From Candidatus Shapirobacteria bacterium (GTDB taxonomy: Bacteria > Patescibacteriota > Microgenomatia > UBA12405), in the NCBI GenBank assembly GCA_041661765.1, contig JBAZTV010000001.1:231983-295982 (forward strand): DNA of 64,000 nucleotides. The letters are read 5' to 3'. The position numbers and the translations under genes were made by a program. Positions 1-9,007 of this stretch are shown in pieces. Within the stretch, counting starts at the first letter, position 1, and each line of letters opens with the position of its first letter. The notes under the pieces are model-generated. The model was not told where the DNA came from. It saw only the letters and a program-made list of their open reading frames with translations, and did no database searches.

Positions 1-1325
1 AAGATTCAAAATATTTAAGCAATTTTATTTTAAAAAAGGGTTATAAAATCGATGATTTAATCGACACCGGCACTTTTGGTAAAAGTCGTTTTGGGTCCGG
101 TCTTTATGATCGTTTTAATGGTCGTCTAACATTTCCTCTTCCCAATTATCGTGGAAACATTGTCGGCTTTTCTGGTCGCATTTTACCCACCAGTAAAAAT
201 CCTAATTTAGCTAAATATATTAATTCTCCAGAAACCGAAATCTATCACAAAAGCCAAATGCTTTTTGGTCTAAATTTAACCAAAGAAACCATAAGACAGG
301 AAAATTCTGTCATTATTGTCGAGGGTGAATTCGACATGATTTCCCCTTTCCAATCTGGTTTTAAAAACATTGTCGCCTTAAAAGGTACGGCCTTTACACT
401 AGATCAACTTCAACTTCTTCGTCGCTACACCGACACTTTAATTTTAGCTCTCGATTCTGATTTTGCCGGTGACAACGCTGCTCGCAAAAGTATTGAATTA
501 GCCGATTCTATGGAGTTTGATATCAAAGTTTTAAATTTAGGTGATAAATATAAAGATCCCGACGAAGCTATTAAAGCCGATCCTGACTTTTTTAAATCAC
601 AACTAAAAAAAGCCACCGACATTTGGGATTTTATTATTCAATCCCAATTAAAAATTCACGATACTAACACCATTAAAGGTAAAAAAGAAGTTTTAAACAT
701 TGTATTACCTCTTTTAATCAAAATCAAAAATTCTGTCGTTAAATCTGATTATTTCAAAAAATTAGCCAATGAAATTAATTCTAGCGAAGAATCTATTTAT
801 GAAGAAGCCAGAAAATATCAAAATACTAATCCCACCAATTTCAATTTAATTCCACAAAAAATACAACCTGTTGAAGAAGTAGAGAGTAAAACCGAAAAAC
901 TTGAAGAATTATTATTAACTCTAATTATTGGTGCTAAAAATCCTGCCAAATTATCCCAAAAACTTAAAAAATATCTTGATCAATTAACCGTGGCTCGTTT
1001 TAAAATCATCGCCAAATATCTTTTAGAAAATGAGTCGTTCACCCTAAAACAAATTTTAGATTCATTACCAGCCGAAATTAAACCACTATTTGAAACCCTT
1101 TATTTTAAATCTCAAAAAAATCCAATTGATTCCAAAATTCGTTTATCAGAAATCAAAAAAGCCACCGACAATATCAATAAAATTTTATTGAAAGATAGGT
1201 TGAATCAGATTAGTAATCAAATAACTAATTCTGAAATAGAAGAAAACAATGAAGAGTTTGATAAATTATTTTTAGAACAAAAACAAATTATGGAAAAACT
1301 CCACCAACTCCAGACAGTAAAATAA
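1..1325 (+). CDS. dnaG: DNA primase DnaG, C-terminal portion. The gene is 5'-truncated by the window edge; the frame is open from base 3.
   Basis: Translating upstream of the listed ATG gives 'GRLTFPLPNYRGNIVGFSGR', the conserved primase segment before Toprim. The Toprim acidic motifs 'IVEGEFDM' and 'DSDFAGDNAA' follow. Confidence 0.8.
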   Translation, partial: DSKYLSNFILKKGYKIDDLIDTGTFGKSRFGSGLYDRFNGRLTFPLPNYRGNIVGFSGRILPTSKNPNLAKYINSPETEIYHKSQMLFGLNLTKETIRQENSVIIVEGEFDMISPFQSGFKNIVALKGTAFTLDQLQLLRRYTDTLILALDSDFAGDNAARKSIELADSMEFDIKVLNLGDKYKDPDEAIKADPDFFKSQLKKATDIWDFIIQSQLKIHDTNTIKGKKEVLNIVLPLLIKIKNSVVKSDYFKKLANEINSSEESIYEEARKYQNTNPTNFNLIPQKIQPVEEVESKTEKLEELLLTLIIGAKNPAKLSQKLKKYLDQLTVARFKIIAKYLLENESFTLKQILDSLPAEIKPLFETLYFKSQKNPIDSKIRLSEIKKATDNINKILLKDRLNQISNQITNSEIEENNEEFDKLFLEQKQIMEKLHQLQTVK

Positions 1326-1326
1326 G

Positions 1327-1377
1327 CCTCTCTGTCAAGGGAGGTGGACTCCGAAATTTCGGAGGACGGAGGGTTTT
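1327..1377 (+). repeat. Copy 1 of the two-hairpin 3'-end repeat family: CCTCTC-TGTCAA-GGGAGG, then the CTCCGAAATTTCGGAG palindrome, then GGAGGGTTTT.
   Basis: Lies directly after the dnaG stop. Matches the copies at 54795, 56283 and 59362; the second hairpin has a different sequence but is still a perfect stem. Confidence 0.6.
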
Positions 1378-1433
1378 AATACCAAAGGGGTTAGTGGTAG
1401 ATTTTAAAAGATTTTTCCTATACAATATACCGC

Positions 1434-2519
1434 ATGGTAGCCACGTTAAACATATCCAAAGTCAAGCAGGCATTACTCACTCAAGCTAAGAAGCTTCACT
1501 ATCTTACCAATGATGAGATTTTAAATCAAATCCCCGAACCGGAAAAACATATTCAAGAAGTTGATGATGTTTTTGATTATCTTTTTGAACATGGTGTTGA
1601 TGTTTTTGATAAAGTCGAATCAAAAGAAGTCATCGAAATAGAAAAAGAAAAAAATAATTCTGCTGATCTTCTCAGTATGTTATCCCAAAAAGGTAATGTT
1701 GATTCGGTCAGAATGTATTTAAAAGAAATTGGAAAAATTAATCTTTTAACCTTTGAAGAAGAAGTTGATCTAGCTCAACAAATTGAAAAAGGTTCTCTTA
1801 GTGCTCGTGAAAGTTTAATCAATGCCAATTTACGTTTAGTTGTTTCCATTGCCAAAAAATATATCGGTCGTGGTTTAACTTTTTTAGATTTAGTCCAAGA
1901 AGGAAATCAAGGATTAATGCGTGCAGTTGAAAAATTCGATTGGCACCGTGGTTTTAAATTTTCCACTTATGCCACTTGGTGGATTCGCCAAGCCATCACT
2001 CGTGCCATCGCCGATCAAGCAAAAACTATTCGTATTCCTGTTCACATGGTTGAAACCATTAATAAAGTTTACAAAGCCACTCGTGCTTTAACTCAAAGAT
2101 TAGGCCATGAACCAGAAATTGAACAAATTGCCGAAGAAGTGGGAATAACTGTTGAAAAAGTCGAAGAAATTTATCGAATTTCCCAAGATACCACCTCGCT
2201 CTCCACTCCAGTCGGTGACGATGAAGACTCATTTTTAGGGGATTTTATCGAAGACACAACTCAGATGTCTCCCTATGAAGAAACTAGTAAAGAATTATTA
2301 CGAGAATCAATCGAAGAAGTTTTAGGTAGTCTTGATGAACGCGAAACAAAAGTTTTAAGTCTTCGTTTTGGCTTAATGGGGGAAACTCCAAAAACTCTCG
2401 AAGAAGTCGGAAAAATTTTCAATGTCACCCGTGAACGTATTCGTCAAATCGAAGCCAAAGCTTTACGAAAACTCCGCCATCCATCCCGCCGTAAAAAACT
2501 CCAAGATTATTTGGAATAA
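1434..2519 (+). CDS. rpoD: RNA polymerase primary sigma factor (sigma-70 family)
   Basis: Region 2 '[17 protein letters not shown]', regions 3 and 4 ('[29 protein letters not shown]'). Gene order dnaG-rpoD is the classic macromolecular-synthesis operon. Confidence 0.9.
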   Translation: MVATLNISKVKQALLTQAKKLHYLTNDEILNQIPEPEKHIQEVDDVFDYLFEHGVDVFDKVESKEVIEIEKEKNNSADLLSMLSQKGNVDSVRMYLKEIGKINLLTFEEEVDLAQQIEKGSLSARESLINANLRLVVSIAKKYIGRGLTFLDLVQEGNQGLMRAVEKFDWHRGFKFSTYATWWIRQAITRAIADQAKTIRIPVHMVETINKVYKATRALTQRLGHEPEIEQIAEEVGITVEKVEEIYRISQDTTSLSTPVGDDEDSFLGDFIEDTTQMSPYEETSKELLRESIEEVLGSLDERETKVLSLRFGLMGETPKTLEEVGKIFNVTRERIRQIEAKALRKLRHPSRRKKLQDYLE

Positions 2520-3034
2520 TGAAAAAACAAAATTTTGAAGGAAAAATTAGAAATTGTAAAAAAGATCTTTGCACTTGTTCTTGTTGTGATGATGATGAAG
2601 TTCAGGAATGGATAATTGAATATTTATCTTTTCACGAAAGATTAAAAGATTTTTTAAAAGAAAAAGGGGTTGGTATTAGTTTTATTGGTGATCGAGTCTA
2701 TTTCAAAAATTGTTCAGACGGTCATCAATGCAAGTTTTTAAAATATTCCTTAAATAAAGATATTGACCCTCGTCCTATCGATTGCAAAATTTACCCTTTT
2801 GTTGTCGATTGGAAATCTATTAATTTTGATAAGAAAATAATCAAACTTTATTACTGGGACAATGAATGTCCTTTAGTCACCGAAAATAAAATATCAAATT
2901 CATTTAAAAAGAATGTAGAAAATATTTTAAAAAGAGACTTTTCTTATCTTTTTCATGGCGCTCAATTCAAAGTAAAATTTATGGATAAAATATTTCCGGA
3001 ACATAAAGCCAAGGCTGATAAACTAAAACCTTAA
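2519..3034 (+). CDS. Cys-rich protein with a CxxCxxCC-type motif ('CTCSCC'). Possibly a YkgJ/UPF0153-like zinc- or iron-chelating domain protein.
   Basis: Start overlaps the rpoD stop (TAATG). Eleven or more Cys residues including 'CKKDLCTCSCC'. The family assignment is from motif only. Confidence 0.4.
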   Translation: MKKQNFEGKIRNCKKDLCTCSCCDDDEVQEWIIEYLSFHERLKDFLKEKGVGISFIGDRVYFKNCSDGHQCKFLKYSLNKDIDPRPIDCKIYPFVVDWKSINFDKKIIKLYYWDNECPLVTENKISNSFKKNVENILKRDFSYLFHGAQFKVKFMDKIFPEHKAKADKLKP

Positions 3035-3053
3035 TTTTCAAGTACAATAAAAT

Positions 3054-3452
3054 ATGCAATATGTCCGAGTTGCCGTCCACGGCCTGATCAAAAAAAACGG
3101 CAAAATTTTAGTTACCAAACGCCCATTCGATGATGACTATATGCCTATGCTTTGGGATATTCCTGGTGGCACTATTAAATTTCAAGAAAACGCCAATGAT
3201 GCTTTAGTTAGAGAAATTAATGAAGAAACAAAATTAAAAGTAAAAATAGGAAATATTATATTTTGTCATGATTTTCCCTCTGGTCCTGAACGTCACCAAT
3301 TTCAAATGGTGTATGAGTGTGAATATGAAAGTGGAGAAGTAATTCTTAACCCCGACGATCACTATGAATTTAAGTGGGTTTCACTAGATGAAATTGAACA
3401 ATTACCCAAAATTGCCCTTTTAGAAGAACTATTTAAATTCCTCAAAAAGTAA
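3054..3452 (+). CDS. NUDIX hydrolase
   Basis: Nudix box 'GGTIKFQENANDALVREINEETKLKV' (Gx5Ex7REUxEExGU pattern). Confidence 0.8.
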   Translation: MQYVRVAVHGLIKKNGKILVTKRPFDDDYMPMLWDIPGGTIKFQENANDALVREINEETKLKVKIGNIIFCHDFPSGPERHQFQMVYECEYESGEVILNPDDHYEFKWVSLDEIEQLPKIALLEELFKFLKK

Positions 3453-3473
3453 AAATCAGAATCTTGACAAACT

Positions 3474-3791
3474 TTGCCAATATATGACATAATATATGTT
3501 ATGACCACAGTGAACATCTCTATTACCGATAATCAGGCAAAATTTATCGACAAACTCGCCAAAGATTACAATTTTGACAACCGCAGTGAATTAATTCGTA
3601 GTTTCATTCGTCTCTTTCAATTTCGCCCACAATTAATTGACGAAGTTATCGGTTTTCCATTCTCGCTTCCAGACACCAACAGTCGTTCAAAAGTTGTTGA
3701 TAGCTTCAAAGAAACCGGTAAATATTCACCAGAGTTCTTAAAAGATTTAGAAAATGGTTTAAAAAATAGTAAATTTTTTAGCCAAAAATGA
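3474..3791 (+). CDS. ParD-like ribbon-helix-helix antitoxin. The real start is possibly the ATG at 3501.
   Basis: 'ISITDNQAKFIDKLAKDYNFDNRSELIRSFIRL' matches the ParD/RHH pattern. The stop overlaps the start of the next ORF (ATGA). Confidence 0.55.
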   Translation: MPIYDIIYVMTTVNISITDNQAKFIDKLAKDYNFDNRSELIRSFIRLFQFRPQLIDEVIGFPFSLPDTNSRSKVVDSFKETGKYSPEFLKDLENGLKNSKFFSQK

Positions 3792-4036
3792 ATCTAGATT
3801 TTTTAAATAAAGATCAAAAGAAATATTTATCTAGTCATAATCTAATTCATAAATTTGAAAAACAATACGATTTATTTTTAAAAAATCCACATCATCCAAG
3901 TTTAAATTTGGAAATATTAGAACCAAAAAACCGAGGTATCCATAGTTTTAGAATTGACAGAAAATATCGAGTTATTTTTATTTTTAATCCAGATCAAAAT
4001 ATTGAAATACTATTTATAACCAATCATTACAAGTAA
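3788..4036 (+). CDS. ParE/RelE-family type II toxin
   Basis: 82 aa. 'IHSFRIDRKYRVIFIFNPDQNIEILFITNHYK' is typical of RelE/ParE toxins. Overlaps the upstream antitoxin gene by 4 nt. Confidence 0.6.
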   Translation: MNLDFLNKDQKKYLSSHNLIHKFEKQYDLFLKNPHHPSLNLEILEPKNRGIHSFRIDRKYRVIFIFNPDQNIEILFITNHYK

Positions 4037-4038
4037 TT

Positions 4039-4578
4039 TTATTTAAAGTCTTCAAAAACAATCGCCTCGGCATTATTTACTTCAACTTTATCAGCAGTTT
4101 TTCCCGTAATTTCAGCCACCATTATTTTAATTGGTTCTTCATGACTTACCACTAAAACGGTTGAATTTTCATCTTCCAACTTCAAATCCTCCAAAAAAAG
4201 AGTCACTCTTTTAACCAAATGGATTAAACTTTCCACTCCCATTTCTTTATTTACTGCATTGTCTTCATTTAAACTTTCTTTATTAATTGAATCAATTTCT
4301 ACTCCAGTATATTCACCATAATCTCTTTCTTCAATTAATTTTGACATATAAATTGGCACATCAATTGGATCTTCATCTAAAACATGTTCCAAAGTTTCTC
4401 GACACCTAGTCAAAGGTGAACAAAAAATCATATCAATTTTATATTTTTCTTTTAATTCTTTTCCTACCTCTTTAGATTGCTCAATTCCCTTAGCTGTTAA
4501 TTTTCCACAATCTTGTCCTGCCAAAATATTATTAATATTATCTTCAGTTTCTCCATGTCTTAGTAAAATTAATTTCAT
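4039..4578 (-). CDS. Histidine phosphatase family protein (phosphoglycerate mutase-like)
   Basis: N-terminal 'LLRHGETEDN' RHG catalytic motif. Confidence 0.75.
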   Translation of the reverse strand: MKLILLRHGETEDNINNILAGQDCGKLTAKGIEQSKEVGKELKEKYKIDMIFCSPLTRCRETLEHVLDEDPIDVPIYMSKLIEERDYGEYTGVEIDSINKESLNEDNAVNKEMGVESLIHLVKRVTLFLEDLKLEDENSTVLVVSHEEPIKIMVAEITGKTADKVEVNNAEAIVFEDFK

Positions 4579-4673
4579 GACAAATATTATACCGTAATTT
4601 ATTTATTTTCTAAATTAGAATCAAATGTTATAATAATGTTCACCATTCCGAAACTTTAGTGAAGGATGGACAT

Positions 4674-4745
4674 TCGCCCTTAGCTCAACGGTAGAGCAAT
4701 CCGCTGTTAACGGAAAGGTTTTTGGTTCGAATCCAGAAGGGCGAG
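4674..4745 (+). tRNA. tRNA-Asn (anticodon GTT)
   Basis: Hand-folded cloverleaf: 7-bp acceptor TCGCCCT/AGGGCGA, D arm GCTC-AACGGTA-GAGC, anticodon loop CTGTTAA, T arm TTTGG-TTCGAAT-CCAGA, discriminator G. No CCA is encoded. Confidence 0.75.
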
Positions 4746-4784
4746 CGTAATATCACACATATATTTCACATGTATAATTAGATT

Positions 4785-5285
4785 ATGAATTATGACCCAA
4801 TCAATTTTTCTAAAAATTTAGTCAAAGGAAGAATCGCTGAAACATTATTTGAACAGATGCTTCGTGATGCTGAATGTTTTACAATTTTATCTTTTGGTTA
4901 TGAAAACATTATTCCAGAACTTGCTCATCGCCAAGATGATATAAGAGCACAAGAAACAATGGAAATAATCAGACGAGCTCCTGATTTTGCTGTAATAAAT
5001 AATGAGACACATGATGTTTATTTAATAGAAGTTAAATATTTAATGAAACCTGCTGCTAGTACAATTCTTAAAGATGCAGAAAGAATGTTTCAATCTTGGA
5101 AACCATCTTATCTATTTTTAGCAACACCAGAAGGTTTTTATTTTGATAAGGCCAGTGACATTGTTAAAAATAATGGAATTATAAAACCGTTTTATCATCC
5201 ACAAATTTCAAAAGAATTGCAATTAAAATATACTCAACTACTAAATGAGTTTATTGTTCCAACTGAAACGACACCTAAAAACTAA
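4785..5285 (+). CDS. Hypothetical protein with a PD-(D/E)xK nuclease-like signature
   Basis: 'APDFAVINNETHDVYLIEVKY' gives a PD...ExK arrangement, with an upstream acidic residue in 'RIAETLFEQ'. Confidence 0.4.
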   Translation: MNYDPINFSKNLVKGRIAETLFEQMLRDAECFTILSFGYENIIPELAHRQDDIRAQETMEIIRRAPDFAVINNETHDVYLIEVKYLMKPAASTILKDAERMFQSWKPSYLFLATPEGFYFDKASDIVKNNGIIKPFYHPQISKELQLKYTQLLNEFIVPTETTPKN

Positions 5286-5520
5286 TATTGTGATTAGTCA
5301 AAAACTCAAAACAATTTCAAAAAGTGAAGAAGAAACAAGAGAATATTTTAAGCGAAAATATAATTGGGATATAGCAGAGGCTGATTATCAAGAAGTTTCT
5401 CAGTCCATGTATTACTTAGGTAAAGCGATTTATAGAAGTTTACAATTAGAGTACAAAAGTGACTCAGTCAATATTAAAAATAAGAAAATCATTAGGCAAG
5501 ATAGCAGAAAATTTGTCTGA
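5245..5520 (+). CDS. Hypothetical small protein. The start is uncertain; it overlaps its neighbours.
   Basis: ORF only. A possible GTG start at 5291 lies after the upstream stop. Confidence 0.25.
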   Translation: MSLLFQLKRHLKTNIVISQKLKTISKSEEETREYFKRKYNWDIAEADYQEVSQSMYYLGKAIYRSLQLEYKSDSVNIKNKKIIRQDSRKFV

Positions 5521-5656
5521 CGATGAAGTTTTAAAATTAGATACCAAAATGGAGATTTTTGCCAATCTTATTTTAGATAAAATATTATCCTTAACGCCGG
5601 AAGAGAGAAAAATACTTAATGATAAAATTAGAAAAGGAAATTCAAGTTATATTTAA
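5459..5656 (+). CDS. Hypothetical small protein
   Basis: ORF only. Overlaps the previous ORF by about 60 nt. Confidence 0.2.
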   Translation: MTQSILKIRKSLGKIAENLSDDEVLKLDTKMEIFANLILDKILSLTPEERKILNDKIRKGNSSYI

Positions 5657-5674
5657 AATTAAATTAAAAATAGA

Positions 5675-6487
5675 ATGACATCAAATAACGATGAATTATC
5701 AAAAACTTTAAGATGGAGAGTAAAATCTCTTAAAATTTTTGTTAAAGCATTCAAACGATATATCGAAGTCGCATCACCTTTTGTTACTGAGGATAATACT
5801 GAGCTGAATAAGGAATATAAAGATATACAAAGATTTCTAAGCTATTTTGAAGAGCAAATAGAAAATGGTGATGGTGATTATGATTTTGTTGATTTAATAT
5901 TTTTAGGTAAAAGTTGGGGTAAAATTTATGATCTGATGTGGAAATATAATGGTTGGAAAAAACAACTATTTGATGAAAGAGAAAGAATAATCGTTATTAA
6001 AGCAGCTCTGGAAGGTGACAAAAAACATCTTGAAGAAATAAATGAAATACTAAATAATGATTGTTGGTCATTATTTAACAGATGTCCAATTTTAATTGAT
6101 AGTTTTTATAATGTTATTCATCCGAAGACAGATGATCCAATTATTCAACAAGTCTTTAATATTGAAACTTTAAATGGTGTGCTTGCTGGTACAAATAATG
6201 GAATAATTACTCAAAACAATGAAAGTAAAAAAGTATTAAAAGCTATACAAGAAATAACAAATATTCTTGAAAAAGAATATCTTGAAAATAAAAATACACC
6301 GGAGATACTTTCAAATTTACAAGAGATTCAAGGTGAATTACTTAAACCATTTCCTGATAATTTAAAAATGAAAAAAGCTGCTGATGGACTACAGACGGTT
6401 GCAAATATTACTCAGATTGGTTCATTCGCGGTTGCAATCGCACCCCATTTGCAGACAATACAACAATTTATCAGTAAATTTATTTAA
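5675..6487 (+). CDS. Hypothetical protein (270 aa), island cargo
   Basis: Long ORF with no recognisable motif. Its stop overlaps the stop of the convergent recombinase gene. Confidence 0.45.
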   Translation: MTSNNDELSKTLRWRVKSLKIFVKAFKRYIEVASPFVTEDNTELNKEYKDIQRFLSYFEEQIENGDGDYDFVDLIFLGKSWGKIYDLMWKYNGWKKQLFDERERIIVIKAALEGDKKHLEEINEILNNDCWSLFNRCPILIDSFYNVIHPKTDDPIIQQVFNIETLNGVLAGTNNGIITQNNESKKVLKAIQEITNILEKEYLENKNTPEILSNLQEIQGELLKPFPDNLKMKKAADGLQTVANITQIGSFAVAIAPHLQTIQQFISKFI

Positions 6488-8205
6488 TAAATCCCGCATA
6501 CAGCTATTCTTATTTGTTCCAAAGCAGGGAGCATAGACAATTTTTTATCGCACAAACCATCATATTTATTGGTATCTTCCATTAAATCTTTAGGTTCGAA
6601 CACCACATATTTCTTATCATCAGAGTTTTTAAATTCAACAATGTACTGAAGTGGTTTTGTAAGGTTGATTCCAATGATTTTGTCTTTCAATGTTAGGTTC
6701 GAAGATAAAGAAAGCAATATTTGTTTTCTCGTCTCTAAGTCACCATTTTTAAACCAATATTTGGCATAACAAGCAAAGTTAAAAGTTCGTTCTGATAATT
6801 CAACCCATTGATTGACTCGATCACCAGTTTGATTCATCTTTTCTTCCAATTCTTTTTTCTCTTTCATTAATGTTTCTTTTTGACTCTTAAATTCATCGTC
6901 AGACAATAATTCATTGTCGGTGTTTTGTGGCGATATTTTTAATTTAACTAGGTTATCGATTCTATTAACAACTTTTTTATAGTCTTCTTGGAAAGAATCA
7001 ATTGAGGCATTACGGCTGACTTTTTCTAAATCATAAAGTCTGTTTAATCTTTTGATCGCCCAATTTTTAAATCTCTCTGAAATTTGAATTTTTCCCAAAT
7101 ATTCTTCAACTTGTTCCATTAATTTTTCTTCAGTGACACACCCTTGAGTACAGTGAGGGTTTTTACTTTTAGCACAGTGGTAGTAAGTGTAGTGAAGTAA
7201 TTTTGGATTAACCATATTTTCAATCAAAGTTTCACATTTTGGACAAGCTTTTTTATTCATTGAGGCAAATTTCTGTTTACAAACAGGGCAGATTATTTGA
7301 AACTTTTCTTCAGCAGTAATGGCACCGCCACATTCATTGCATTTAATTAACCCAGATGCAAAAAATTCTCTTGTGTGTGGTCGAGGACTACAACCTTTTC
7401 CGAGCAATATTTGTACTCTATCAAAGTCTTGTCGTGTAATCATCGGTTCATGTTTACCTTTATAAATTTTTCCAGCATATTCAAACTCTCCAAAATAAAA
7501 AGTATCTTCAAAGATTTTATAAATTGTTGATCGTGGCATTGGCTTACCACCATATCGTCCATTTTCAGGAGATCGATATCCCATTTCAGTATTAATATAT
7601 CTTTGAATCTTTGGTGGTGACCATGCACCAGTCAGCATTAACTCCCAAGCCTTTTTTATGATTTGGAATCGAATTGGATCAGACTGAATTTTTTTATTTC
7701 CTTTACTAGAATAGCGATCATTCATATAGCCTGGTTTTGCCCCACTTGGTAACCACCCCATTTCAGCCTTAGTTTTTAATCCACGTTTTACATTTCTTGA
7801 GAGGTCGAGAATAAATTGATTTGCCATACCTCCCTCTACATAAAGCATCAAATTATCGATCGTAGTATATGATTTTTGAGGAGTGACAATAACTACTTCT
7901 TTATCATTTACTGCCCATGTTATTGCACCCATATCGATTGGGTTACGATATAGACGATCTAACTTCCAACAAACAATTCCATTAATTTCTCCAGTTTGTA
8001 CTCTAGCCATCATTTTGGCAAATATTGGTCGCCCTGGTGCTTTTGCGGATTTTGATTCAGTGTAAATGTCTTCTTTCTCAACCTTAATGCCACTTCTTTT
8101 TGCCAATTCTTTAAGTTCATTTAATTGGCTATCAATAGAAAGCACCTGTTTATCTTCAGTGTCAGTCGATTTTCTAGCATAAATGACATATTTCATATTT
8201 TCCAT
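6484..8205 (-). CDS. Large serine recombinase (integrase)
   Basis: N-terminal resolvase catalytic domain 'YVIYARKSTDTEDKQVLSIDSQ'. 573 aa, with a recombinase domain and Cys-rich zinc-ribbon region (CNECGG...CPVC...CPKC). Confidence 0.85.
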   Translation of the reverse strand: MENMKYVIYARKSTDTEDKQVLSIDSQLNELKELAKRSGIKVEKEDIYTESKSAKAPGRPIFAKMMARVQTGEINGIVCWKLDRLYRNPIDMGAITWAVNDKEVVIVTPQKSYTTIDNLMLYVEGGMANQFILDLSRNVKRGLKTKAEMGWLPSGAKPGYMNDRYSSKGNKKIQSDPIRFQIIKKAWELMLTGAWSPPKIQRYINTEMGYRSPENGRYGGKPMPRSTIYKIFEDTFYFGEFEYAGKIYKGKHEPMITRQDFDRVQILLGKGCSPRPHTREFFASGLIKCNECGGAITAEEKFQIICPVCKQKFASMNKKACPKCETLIENMVNPKLLHYTYYHCAKSKNPHCTQGCVTEEKLMEQVEEYLGKIQISERFKNWAIKRLNRLYDLEKVSRNASIDSFQEDYKKVVNRIDNLVKLKISPQNTDNELLSDDEFKSQKETLMKEKKELEEKMNQTGDRVNQWVELSERTFNFACYAKYWFKNGDLETRKQILLSLSSNLTLKDKIIGINLTKPLQYIVEFKNSDDKKYVVFEPKDLMEDTNKYDGLCDKKLSMLPALEQIRIAVCGIY

Positions 8206-8270
8206 AATTGTATATTTATCCTATCTTTAGCCTAAATATATTATATCGGATACCCAAATATAATCCAAGG

Positions 8271-8786
8271 TTAAAAAGGTACCTCCTCATCAGAAAAACT
8301 ACTATTATCATTAGTTTTGTTAGATTCCTTTAAATTACTATTAATATCAACATTAGAAGAACTATTAGAAAAACTATTTTGGGTTTGTTTACTTGCACCA
8401 TTAGAATTATTGTTTTCGCCATTAAAATTCCATCTATCTACTTCAGAAAAATCAATCCAATCATCGTCAGCATTTTTAACAGAAACAACTTTTATTTCGT
8501 AAAAACTTTCTTCTTTTTTTAAAATTAACTCTTTTTTTAATAATTTATTCATTACTCTTGAAACTTTCGTTATTGACCATCGGGTCATTCTAGAAAGGTC
8601 AGCAAGAGTAACCTCTACATGTTTATAATTTTTATGTCTTTTATCCCAGTCATAAAGTGCATTTAATAAATCCCATAATCTATATTCAGAATCATCTAAC
8701 TTAAATTTAAGTGCAGTCAAATGTCTGTCTCTCCTCAAAAATTGGAACCCCTTTTCTAGTCGATAAGCCTTACTACTTGTCTTCAT
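8271..8786 (-). CDS. Hypothetical protein. The N-terminal ~100 aa may be a winged-helix DNA-binding domain; the C-terminal tail is Asn/Ser-rich low complexity.
   Basis: ORF only. Composition and predicted helices. Confidence 0.4.
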   Translation of the reverse strand: MKTSSKAYRLEKGFQFLRRDRHLTALKFKLDDSEYRLWDLLNALYDWDKRHKNYKHVEVTLADLSRMTRWSITKVSRVMNKLLKKELILKKEESFYEIKVVSVKNADDDWIDFSEVDRWNFNGENNNSNGASKQTQNSFSNSSSNVDINSNLKESNKTNDNSSFSDEEVPF

Positions 8787-9007
8787 TTTCCTTTTTTGGC
8801 ATTGCTTTATAAATCACTTGAAAAAGATTTAAAAGCCTTTGCCCTTGTTCTTCTGCCACATCATCGCCAATTTCCTCGCCAAACTCAGCAAGCCATATTT
8901 CTTTGAATTCGTTGAGGTCTTGTTGGTTTAACATTTCGACAGTTAATTAATAACTGTCATATTATGAATCTGTGGAAAGTTACGAGATATGAACAAGTGA
9001 ACAGGTG

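Noticed and set aside
425-622. Short antisense ORFs inside well-supported genes (for example 425-622, 7440-7628, 9954-10241, 22068-22349, 30537-30873, 31355-31663).
   Set aside because: They lie opposite strong homology-supported CDS and have biased, low-complexity translations. They are shadow ORFs.
4746-4790. Looked for a direct repeat of the tRNA-Asn 3' end at the far side of the island as an attR site.
   Set aside because: No match of 12 nt or more to GGTTCGAATCCAGAAGGGCGAG was found by eye between 8.2 and 16.1 kb. Serine-recombinase att cores can be very short, so absence is not informative.
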